From Antedon mediterranea (lineage: Eukaryota > Animalia > Echinodermata): 64,000 nucleotides of DNA. Shown piece by piece: positions 1 to 10,700 of this stretch (positions within the stretch are counted from its first letter, which is position 1; each line of letters opens with the position of its first letter). The notes below the pieces were generated by a model. That model saw only the letters and a list, made by a program, of their open reading frames with translations, made no database searches and had not been told where the DNA came from. Position numbers and translations under genes: made by a program. The stretch lies in contig NC_092671.1 in the NCBI RefSeq assembly GCF_964355755.1, positions 8,928,001 through 8,992,000 of the forward strand. The letters are read 5' to 3'.

Positions 1-932
1 CTAATCAAAAAAATAAACACATTTTCGTCAAAATTGGAAAGTATTCTGTACTTAAATGATAAAAAGAAATATGTATAAAATGGAAACATACACAAAACAT
101 AAACAGTGACAGTCACAAATAATGTTAGGAAAACTTTCTTTTCTGCTTTATCTCTGCGTTTTGTTCCATTTGAATGTTTTGCTGTATCACGTGACTTGCG
201 TAATGATTTAAGCATGGCTGTATACATAATTATTAAGAATGTAGTTATTGTCCAAATAAAAGCCACATCCACAAACATACCGTACTGTAAATAAGTGACA
301 TCGGTACACGTAAAGAATGTATTTGGTATGCCGTACGCGTTATTATCAGACCAGGAGTAAGTGTATTTGTTTTCAATATACGCTAACAATTTTCTCACAT
401 TGGAAAACGCATTTAGAAACCAAATAACTGCACACATTTGTACAGACCTCGAAATAGTCCCGAATTTAGTTTTTTTAAATTGAAATGGTAGACATATTGC
501 CATGCATCGTTCAATTGACATCCATACAATAGTTACAGCACTGACTCGCGATCCAACAAAGATGACGTATCCATATAGGTGGCAGAGCCATCCAAACCTT
601 AACTCATTACCGTAAACGTGTGAATCACTATTGGGTATCTCAATATACGATTTCCAAATAAAAACTGGTGACGCTATCAAGTATAACGTGTCAGCTATGG
701 CCAGATTGGCTAAATACACGTTAATAGCCGTCCTCATGTACCTTTTATTCACTATCACAATAATCGTCATTACGTTACCAATAATTCCTATGATGATCAC
801 TATAGGCATCACGGTCGTAATGATAACTCTTTCAAAAAGTGTATATGGATTAGTGTCCAAAGCATAACTTGAGTTTTCGGCCGACGTTAATGCGTTGTCG
901 TCGCCGTATGCGTTACCAATGGTCGACGACAT
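1..932 (-). CDS. Rhodopsin-family (class A) GPCR, peptide-receptor-like orphan; paralog 1, 3' end truncated by the window edge
   Basis: The minus-strand ATG at 932 opens a frame that stays open to base 1: MSSTIGNAYGDDNALTSAENSSYALDTNPYTLFERV...GIIGNVMTIIVI...NVYLANLAIADTL...MSIERCMAICLPF...KVFLTLFVTVTVYVLCMFPFY. It shows the TM1 GN, TM2 LAxAD and TM3 ERC motifs and is collinear with the 1878..2936 ORF. It is absent from the ORF track, presumably because it has no stop codon in the window. Confidence 0.9.
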   Translation of the reverse strand, partial: MSSTIGNAYGDDNALTSAENSSYALDTNPYTLFERVIITTVMPIVIIIGIIGNVMTIIVIVNKRYMRTAINVYLANLAIADTLYLIASPVFIWKSYIEIPNSDSHVYGNELRFGWLCHLYGYVIFVGSRVSAVTIVWMSIERCMAICLPFQFKKTKFGTISRSVQMCAVIWFLNAFSNVRKLLAYIENKYTYSWSDNNAYGIPNTFFTCTDVTYLQYGMFVDVAFIWTITTFLIIMYTAMLKSLRKSRDTAKHSNGTKRRDKAEKKVFLTLFVTVTVYVLCMFPFYTYFFLSFKYRILSNFDENVFIFLI

Positions 933-1877
933 TTTATTTGAGTAGGCTGTTAAAAGTATAACAGGCAACATTCAGCTTAATAATAATAATTTAATACGAA
1001 AATGAGTATTATAGTCATGCATATTAAAATTGATATGGCGATATTTCGCTTTGGCCTCCTGACGTGAAATATATTGATTACTGTAGCCTACTAAGTGTAG
1101 AACGGCCTACTATTCGTTACAAGTTATTCTCGTGAACTCGAATTAAAACTAACGTCTCAAGCTGTGCAAAATGATTTATTTATTTATTTATTACACCACC
1201 GTACGCAAACTCAGCTGTTGAAATTAACGAAACAACGATGAGGTGACGGTAATAATCAGTAAATGATGCCTGTATGTGAACATTAGCCTATAAGAACTTT
1301 TTAAAAAGAACTGTCAATAGCAAATACTAAAGCTATAGTCTAAATCCAGTCCTAGGGTAGATGCAGGCCTACTGTACGAATCGCAGTGACTTCTTCCAAC
1401 TTTAATATAAATTCTTCTTTTTCTGAAATAACCGTCTTCTTAAGACATTCGGTATCTCTATGACTTGAACTTCAAATTTATAGGCATACTAGACACACAC
1501 GTAGGCCCCCTAATGACGAATTTGAATTAAAATTGACACACCGAGGAAATTAAGTTTTTATTCTAAATTGGTTTAATGTAAAGCAATCACTCACTAATCA
1601 CTATTACTAATTGGCAAATGTTTGTCTTTTGAAATTAAGAATAAAATGAAAACAATCAATCAAAGTCTGTTAGTGTATACTAAAAGACAGAAAGATTAAC
1701 AGCACATTTCGTGCTTTGCGCATGCCCAGTCCGAGTTACCCATTTTTCAGCCGTAGTGAGATATAACCTTCCGCGTGATACAGTTTCCTAATGTTTATAA
1801 CTGCCTAAAGGCGCGGCGCGAACAAGTAGAATATGCCTATTGGCCGTACGCACTTTTTTTCTTGAAGGTTGTGGAAA

Positions 1878-2936
1878 CTATTGAATTTTCTCTGTTACAG
1901 GTTTTGCATTTGTTCTGCAACATCTACAAAACACTTCATTAAAACCTTGTCTAAATCTCCTATTTAATGCATTATATATCAACGGATTTAAAGAGGAGTT
2001 AAACATTGCTAAAATATATAAAATTATAATCAATCTGCCATCCATAATTTGATATACTGTTAAAACGTAATATGTATACAATGGCAACATACACAAAACA
2101 TAAACAGTGACAGTCACAAATAATGTTAAGAAAACTTTCTTTTCTGCTTTATCTCTGCGTTTCGTTCCACTTGAATGTTTTGCTGTATCACGTGACTTGC
2201 GTAATGATATAAGCATGGCTGTATACATAATTATTAAGATTGAACTTATTGTCCAAATAAAAGCCACATCAACAAACATACCGTACTTATCAAAAGTGAC
2301 ATCATGACACACAAAATATGTATTGACGTCAGTCATATCAGGCCAGGGGTAAGTACCCTCCGTAGTCTTTAACAATTTTCCCACATTGCAACATAAGTTT
2401 AAAAACCAAATAATTGCACACATCTGTACAGACCGCGAAATAGTCCCGAATTTAGTTTTTTTAAATTGAAATGGTAGACATATCGCCATACATCGTTCAA
2501 TTGACATCCATACAATAGTTACAGCACTGACTCGTGTTCCAACATACATTAAATATCCTTGTATTTGGCAAAACCATTCGAATTTTAACTCGTTTACGTA
2601 TATTTGGAAGCGAATAGGGCTTTCAATATAAGACTTCAATGTAAAAGCTGGTACATCTATCAAGTATAACGTGTCAGCTATGGCCAGATTGGCTAAATAC
2701 ACGTTAATAGCCGTCCACATGTACCTTTTATTCACTATCACAATAATCGTCATTACGTTACCAATAATTCCTATGATAATCACTATAGGCATCACGATCG
2801 CAATCATAACTCTTTCAAAAGGCGTATATATTAATGAGGCTAAATAGGCGTCCCACCAATCGGCGTAACTTGAGTTTTCGGCCGACGTTAATGCGTTGTC
2901 GTCACCGTATGCGTTACCAATGGTCGACGACGACAT
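1878..2936 (-). CDS. Rhodopsin-family (class A) GPCR, 352 aa, single coding exon, peptide-receptor-like orphan; paralog 2
   Basis: Seven hydrophobic segments with GN (TM1), NxYLxNLAIAD (TM2), Cys at the top of TM3, ERC (DRY equivalent), CMLP (TM6), NSSLNPLIY (NPxxY), helix 8 (RRFRQGF) and CRCC palmitoylation-type Cys. A splice acceptor (tttcatttacag on the minus strand) lies about 15 nt upstream of the ATG, implying a non-coding first exon. Confidence 0.93.
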   Translation of the reverse strand: MSSSTIGNAYGDDNALTSAENSSYADWWDAYLASLIYTPFERVMIAIVMPIVIIIGIIGNVMTIIVIVNKRYMWTAINVYLANLAIADTLYLIDVPAFTLKSYIESPIRFQIYVNELKFEWFCQIQGYLMYVGTRVSAVTIVWMSIERCMAICLPFQFKKTKFGTISRSVQMCAIIWFLNLCCNVGKLLKTTEGTYPWPDMTDVNTYFVCHDVTFDKYGMFVDVAFIWTISSILIIMYTAMLISLRKSRDTAKHSSGTKRRDKAEKKVFLTLFVTVTVYVLCMLPLYTYYVLTVYQIMDGRLIIILYILAMFNSSLNPLIYNALNRRFRQGFNEVFCRCCRTNAKPVTEKIQ

Positions 2937-4092
2937 TTCGATAGAGAACTACTGTAAATGAAACAAACAATAATTGGTTATTAGGAACGTATGTTTAATT
3001 AAGGAACAGTAAGGCACGTGAAAGTAGGTGTACCACGGGAAAAAATGTGCTAAACACCTGACGTGAAATGTACGGTTTGCTCCGGTACCCGTACATAAGG
3101 TACAAAGTCAAGACTTGAATCCATAATCTTCACTGAAATCGAATAATATGAAAGAGGTTTAAGAGACTAAAGCACGGTTTTTGCCATGTGGACTATGATG
3201 AGTCCAAGAACAATGAACTGTTTGGTGTAACGAATAATGGGTTCATCAAATGTGTGGTCATAGGCCCTACCTGAAAAAACCCTGAAATTATTTAATATTT
3301 AGAAGTCTTCGTAAAACTATCTATAGGCGTCTGTCCGAATCGAATAGATATTTGTTCTGTTAACTTAGTATACATTACACTACGTTATTATTGTACAATA
3401 TTGATTAATAGAAGTTGATTGACACAAATCTTATAAATTCTAATTTTAATTGTCTCACAGAACAAATTATGTTTCGTAAAAAATCAATGTCCCGAGCAAT
3501 CAAATATTAGCGTATGTGTCAAATATAACTCATGATGAGCACTACTCAAACGGTTGTCAACTCAACGATTTCGTTAAATTAAGATTTAAATTAATCCATA
3601 CACGTCAGAACAAGGTAACTGCAGTTCATCCATATAGTAGGCGTACACATGTAAATTTGCTCGCTGAAAGAGAGAATATTAGAAAATTGACATGGTTGAA
3701 ACCAGGGAAGAATAATTCCTGATACCAGTCAAAGATACAGAACTTCTCCAGATACAAGACAATGCCTACGAGTTCACTAATAAATACATTTTTACATAAT
3801 TCGAAAAAAAATTTTTGGTAACGGCTAGAATGTCATCTTGTTCTTATACCTTTTCTTGATATTGTTATTGAAATAATTTTTTGACAAATACCAACGAGGA
3901 GGATAACATTACTGAATATTTTGGATCTTAAATCCATAGAGATTATATTAGTACTTACTTAGTCTAAGTTTATTCATTATTCTTTGATTAATAATACTGT
4001 ATTAATTTGTATTTGCAATATAATATATATTATCAAAGATAGTTAAACTATATCTTCTTTGATATTATTGCATTATTTTATTGATATATTTT

Positions 4093-4225
4093 GGTCGTAG
4101 AGGGCGCATCTTAGCAACCGTGCACAACACTACACAAAACACGAAGACAACACACGATAATAACAAAATGTAGTGGAAGTTTATTTTTAATTAAAAAACA
4201 AACCCTGTAATTTTACAAGTTATTG
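4093..4225 (+). promoter_or_regulatory. Probable CFAP65 promoter and non-coding first exon with an RFX X-box-like site
   Basis: GCATCTTAGCAAC at about 4106-4118 contains the strong RFX half-site TAGCAAC. A donor ttattg|gtatgt is at 4225/4226 and an acceptor tattatag at 4688, 31 nt before the ATG. RFX control of ciliary genes is established; function of this particular site is inferred. Confidence 0.5.
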
Positions 4226-4719
4226 GTATGTTCCATAGTTTTGACATGAATTTGGTCTAGACCTAATAAGTTTGCTAGGCTAAGCCCTACTAGCTAGGCT
4301 AGACTAGGCCTAGCCTTGCTTGGCCCTCCCTGCTGGGCTGGGTGGGCTAACTAAGGATTGAAGGGAGAAAGCTAGCCTCTAGCTAGGCAGCAGCCTAGAG
4401 GGGTATTCAGGCTAGAGTAGGCCCTATTCTTACCGAGTGAGCCACACAGCAAAAGCAGATGTCTGAGGTATAAAAAAAGTGGAGTGGGGGAGAAATCTGG
4501 GTATAGGCTAGGCTTAGCTAGGCCGGCTTTAGTTAGTGGCATAATATTAATAAGATATGGCATAATGATTTAGGCCTAGCCTAGGCCTATAAATGGTATT
4601 TTTTATTAATTTAATAATTAATAATAGGCATAGGACTATTATTATTAAGTCTGTATTTTATCATTATGTTTTTATTAATATATTATAGCCTACTTAAAGC
4701 TCAAACGTTTACAATCGAC

Positions 4720-7700
4720 ATGCCGTCACTAAATATTACCAAGAAAAATCAACGAAATAGGACAATATCAAAGTATGGAATTGAGGTTGTCAATAATTTG
4801 ACATGGAGAGGCTGGGAACCTGGAGGTGAATACACCAAACATATTGTGCTTAAAAACGTGCTGGTGAAAACGCAGAAGATCAAATATAGGTAATAACCCT
4901 AGGCCTAGTCCTTTTCATACTTTATCAATCAATCAACTCAGTTCCCATGTATTCGCAAAAGTAATTTTAACAGTTATTTATTTTTGCTTTTATTTCTATT
5001 TGAAAACAGAAATCTGAATGTGATTGCTTTACATTACAAAAACACATTATTATAAATATGTATACTGGTAAAAGTTAGTTTGACCAATCACAAGTTGAAG
5101 CAGTCATTTACCACTTAACTAAATACCAAAATTCCATCAATTTGTAGTTTTCATGCAGAATAAATCTATGGATAAGCTCACCAATTGAGGTTCATCCTAA
5201 AACAAAATTTAGATTTCAATTAAATATAATTTAAAAAGATGTAATACAAAGGTAAATTTACCACAAAATTAACTTATATTATTTCTTTTTTTTTATATTT
5301 TTCCAGTGTCCCAAATTCAAGATTTTTCTCTACACTTTACCCTGAGACTATTGTTCTTAGTGCTGGAACACAGTTTAGTTTGCCAGTGACGTTCAGACCT
5401 CTCGATAAAATACAATATGATGATAAATTAGTATTCAATACCTCCGTAAGTACATTGCTTTTTTATGTTTATTTTATGTTTATTTATTTTTTATTTTGTT
5501 CAAATTTCAGGCACAAAAACATATAAAACAAAACAGCGGTGCAGTACCCTGAGGATTGCCATGAGTGCAAGCACTATCAAATTGGCTCTTCATATACTGC
5601 ACTTGAACATATAGAAGTGAAATAATAGAAATACAAAGATATACAAAATTGAAAAGTTCCTTTATCAACAATTACAAACACCCCTAATAGTGAACTTTAC
5701 ATTTGTGATGACCTGCTGTAAGACCTACTATACATTGGCCTAAAAAATGTATTAAGCTCTGTCTACACTACAACTAGTTTGATGTGCACAAATATGCTAG
5801 TGATATGACATCATCATGTCCATATGGGCACATCACATTTTTTTTGTCACATAAAATTTGATAGTAGACAAAGCTTTACAAGTATTACAATATACTTATT
5901 CACTTCCCTCCATTTTGTTTGTAGGATGGTGTATTTGAAGTTAATTTGTCAGCAGTCTTGCCCAAACATGACCTGTCTTTACCGAACGAACTCAATTTTG
6001 GAATGTGTGCAGCATCTGATAATGTACAGTTAACTTTTGAAGTTTTCAACAAAAGGTAGCCTAGAAATTTATTTTATTTTCATTTAAAATGCATTTAATA
6101 TAGTACTCAGTACTACAGAAATTACGTTCACTGGCAGTGTACAAGATATATTAAGAACAAGAAAATAATAATAATAATATCCTGGATTTATATAGCGCCT
6201 AATGTTGTGAAACCTCTAAGCACTGAAAATTATTACACCAGTCATCCCATAATGCAACTAGTAATCAGCGCAAAGTTGTGTCTTGATCTAACCGCGTTCC
6301 CATTTATACACCTGGGTGGAAAGAGGGAAACGAAAGTAAAGTATCTTGCCTAGTACAGCAATAAATAAAACATTCTGGGAAAAATAGTGTTTTGTGATAC
6401 TCTAGGTTCAGAATCTAATTATCTTCGTACAAACAAAAACTTATTTGGCTAGCTTTTATTTATGATGTGTTTTAGTGTATACTGGTCGAAAGCCTTTATA
6501 TAGGATTGTAGGTCTGTGTAAATACTATTACTGTATAATGAAAAAGATAAATCAACAACTTTTTGTATTGTAGTGAGCTGCCGACAAAGTTTATGTGGGC
6601 TGTAAGTGAACCATTTGTTATCCAGCCACCAGAGGGCTCCCTTCAACCAAAGTCTAAATGCCAATTGGTTGCAACATTTAAACCAACTTCAGCTTACGTT
6701 CATGAGGGGGTTGCTGAAATTCACTATGGCAACAACTTCACATGCTGTAAACAACTTAAACTCGAGGGCATAGGTGATTTGTTTTATTTTATTTTTATTT
6801 TTAAAATAATTTATACTAAACAATGCTAGAATTTGTCCTACTAAATTACATTATAATCTTTCTTTTTTTCAGCAAATCAAATTCCTATATATTTCTCTGC
6901 ACATTCTTCCTTCACCACATCCATTTAACGTTTCTTTTGCTGGCCATCCTTTTTCTATAACAAAATCCACACTGAAATGAAAGTTATTGTATTGGTAAAA
7001 TAATTAATACTAAACGTTGCTAGAAATTTGTCCTACTGTACAAACTAATTACTTTATAAGAGCCTCAATATTCCCTTTTTTACTTCCTTTTTTACTTCAT
7101 CCATGTCTCTTTGCATCTTCTTACTTCTCCACATCCATTAACCTTTTCTTTTGTATCCTTTTCTATAACAACCTCCACTGTTCTCCACATCCAAACAATG
7201 TCACTTCACTCTGTGATCCCTCACATTTGAACAGCATGTAATTTTTTACCCACAGTATTTTTATCTGTGCTACTTCCAACTCTACCTCCAACTCTACCTC
7301 TGTTGCAACCCAAATCATTACCATAATCTTGATCTGGTTGTAATTTCTACTTTGCTTTTACAGGTAAATATCCGCATTTACTGGTTTGTGGATCAGGTGA
7401 CAAACCAAATGCCATCACCAACCCAGGGATGGAAAGCATCATAAAGTTTGGAGACGTTGCGATTGGGAAGACTCATGAGAATATGATAGAACTGCATAAT
7501 TTATCACCAGTAAGCCAACATTCTCTCCATCCCACTTCTTAGATTTGTGTCTTTGGATTCTTGAATGTGCACCACCTCAAAGATGGTCCACAACAAATTA
7601 AGTAAATCTTCTATCAGTGAACTAAAGAATACTTAACGATCAATAAGAAGACAGTCAACACAGTTTGTTTATAAATAGACACCTTTTAGAAACAGTTTTC

Positions 7701-10700
7701 ATCAGGTGCTTGATTCGTGGTTTATTGTTCTTCTTCTTCTATTTTAAGGAGCAAACTTCATAGTTGAAGGCTACTGCTCCACTAAGGGTTCCATTGTGAC
7801 ATCGGCAGCCAACTACGGCGCCAATACGTCTGTCCGCGACAGTGTGTGTGTATGAATGAACTAGTACACCGGGGTAACCCCCTACTCGTCTCGAAAGATG
7901 TACTAGGTTCTTTAAAGTGCACATGAGCCAGATATACACTGGACCTACGGTTTATAGTCCTTATCCAAGAAGACTTGTTCTACCACCAGAACCATGGAGC
8001 GAGTGAGCCTCGAACCCTTGCCAATGTTATGGCTATGGATTTCGGTTCCACTGTCTTAACCGCTCGGCCACCACTCACTCCTCACTCACTACTTATTAGT
8101 ATTGTATACAATTGCTTGAGAAAAAAAACCATTTATTTTGAAATTTAGTCAAATTAGTAATCTGTATCAAATAAGAATGGACTGTTTTCATTTATTAAAT
8201 CATATTTAAGTATTAATCATTGATTTTGAAGATTTTTTACAAATAGATTATGAAAAATTTGTTTTGTAAGGTTAAAGCGCCGTTCACAATAAACCATCCA
8301 ACAGCATCTTCAAGAATGGATACAGTTTTCACCTGCAAAGAGACAAGAGGCATTGTACCTGCAATGGGGATCAGTAAAATACCAGTAAGTCATTGACATA
8401 TATAGCTATTTGCCTATTAAAAACAAGTCTGGGGCCACAAGTAAGTTTCCGGTTTTCTTGTCCTTCCTGATAGTCTTTGACAGTTGTCTGTATTATGCTG
8501 TTTGCATACAACTTTGTCATACCTTTTTATGGTGGTTTCTTTTTCAGATATCATACATACCACAGACTGTTGGCTCTGAGAGTGTAGATTATGTACATGT
8601 TCGAGCTATTGGAAATGTAACTAAAACAGTGGTCAAGCTGGTTGGTAAATGCAAAGGTATGTCTACAGAAACACTCCTTGATGGCTTCAGGTTTGGTTGT
8701 CAGGAAAGCTATATTTATTAATGAGCCTAGCGCTCTAAAGCTTTGTCTACTCTATCAAACTTTATGTGACAACAAATTTGATATGCCCATATGATGATGT
8801 CATATCACTATCATATTTATGCATATCACACTACCATTTGGGCACAACACACTATTTTGTCAAACTAGTTTGAGAGTAATTGAGAGTTATATGGTGTAAT
8901 GGTAAGGAATATTATTGATAAGGTGTGAAAGGCATGAGTTCGAGACCAGTCTGTGCCATATTGGTTGTAACTTTAGGCAAGATGTTATACTCTCATCATT
9001 CAGATATTATGATATAAAGCCATTGGTACTGTACTGCCCTCTCTGGGAAACAAGTATTGTACTGAATAGATCATCCAGTATAAAGAAGACTAAATAAATC
9101 AAATTAATTCAAACTTGCTTACTCCTCAATGAACACAGTGTGTTGTATACTATTAAATGCTTTGTTATTTCAGAAATATGTTTCTCATCTCATTTAACTA
9201 TATTTTTAGGCCCAGAAATCAGTCTAGGATCAAACATTGTAAATTTTAGTCGAGTTGAAGCTGGCACACTAACCACAAGAACACTAGACATCGTCAACGC
9301 ATCTGACGTTCCTGGTGCATTTCAGGTAAAGACTGTAACTTTGCAAAAGCTGTTTTTAGTTTTATTTTGCAAATTCCTTGCCTGGTTCCAGGTTTTGTAA
9401 TTTCATTTTTGTAACTGTCTGCATTATCAAAATCAAAGCTTATGTTGACTAAATTATAAAGAATAATAAAAATGTGAAATTGAAGAAGTATATTAGGCTC
9501 TTGTATTGTAGCATCATTAAAAAGTAAAATATTACATTTATTTTATAAAATGCATTCAAGAACTGACATAACCAGTAAGGATGATTGCCAACCACCAAAG
9601 TTGAAAATTACATTATCTGTATTTGCTTTTTATTGTTACTGTATACCAATGCCATTTGTAAATACTATTACCTATTTTCCTTTGTCGTTTTCCACTTTCA
9701 GTTTATAGTTGATGGTGAAGAAAGCGTGTTTAAGTTCAGCGTAGAATGTGGTACAATGAATGGTAACACGACTACAACAGTAGTTGTCCAGTTCGCTCCT
9801 GTGCACCCTATCAACTACTACAGGAGGGTCACATGTATTGTGCAGAATCAGGTAAGTAATTGTTTAGATTGCAACTCTTAATTAATTGTAACTTTAAGAA
9901 AAGGCAAAAATATGTTACATATAACAGGCTTCTACTAAATAATCTTTCCACTCCATATGCCATTCTGACGAAATTGATGATTCAAAAGTGACTATTTTCT
10001 AAAGCTCTGTCTACACTATCAAACTTTATGTAAAAAAAATGTGATGTGCCCATATATGGACATATCACTACCATATTTTGGCAACATCCAACTAATTTGT
10101 GTAGACAGAGTTTTAGAACCTAACTCGAATCTAAACATTGGCATTACAAGAAGAAAACTAGCATTGTAACAAACAATATTATATATAATATAATATATAT
10201 TTATTTCAGGAGCCACTTTTTGTTGATTTGATTGGTACGTGTCATACAGAGCTTGGTAAACCACCTGTTCTGGAACCAAAGCACATTGATCGCTACAGAA
10301 TCCATGAGGCTAGGGGATTCTCTATGTTTCCACCAGAGGTAGGAACTTCTACACTAAACTATGTTTACACTATCAAACTTTATGTGACAAAAAAAATGTG
10401 ATGTGCCCATGTATGGACATGATGATGTAATATCACTACCATATTTTGGAATATCACTACCATATTTGGGCACATCACACTATTTTTGTCAAACTAGTTT
10501 CATAGTGTAGTGTATTGTGTGTCAACATATCCTTGGTCAACATCTTTTCACCAGTGGCATACCACAAAGGCCTAAGGCCCATGGTTTGAGAAACCTAAGT
10601 GACCCTCCAAGTTCTAGCGCTCGGGCGTTTTTAGCCTTTTTGGCATATTTTAATGGTGTTTTTCCCTCTGGGCACTTCTCATGGGCTCCATAAGCCCCGG

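Noticed and set aside
106-2307. Plus-strand ORFs 106..294, 631..867 and 2107..2307
   Set aside because: They are antisense shadows of the two GPCR coding regions.
8975-8990. 12-nt match to the 5' end of miR-31 (aggcaagatgtt)
   Set aside because: The match stops after 12 nt, no precursor hairpin is evident and it lies in a SINE-core-like segment.
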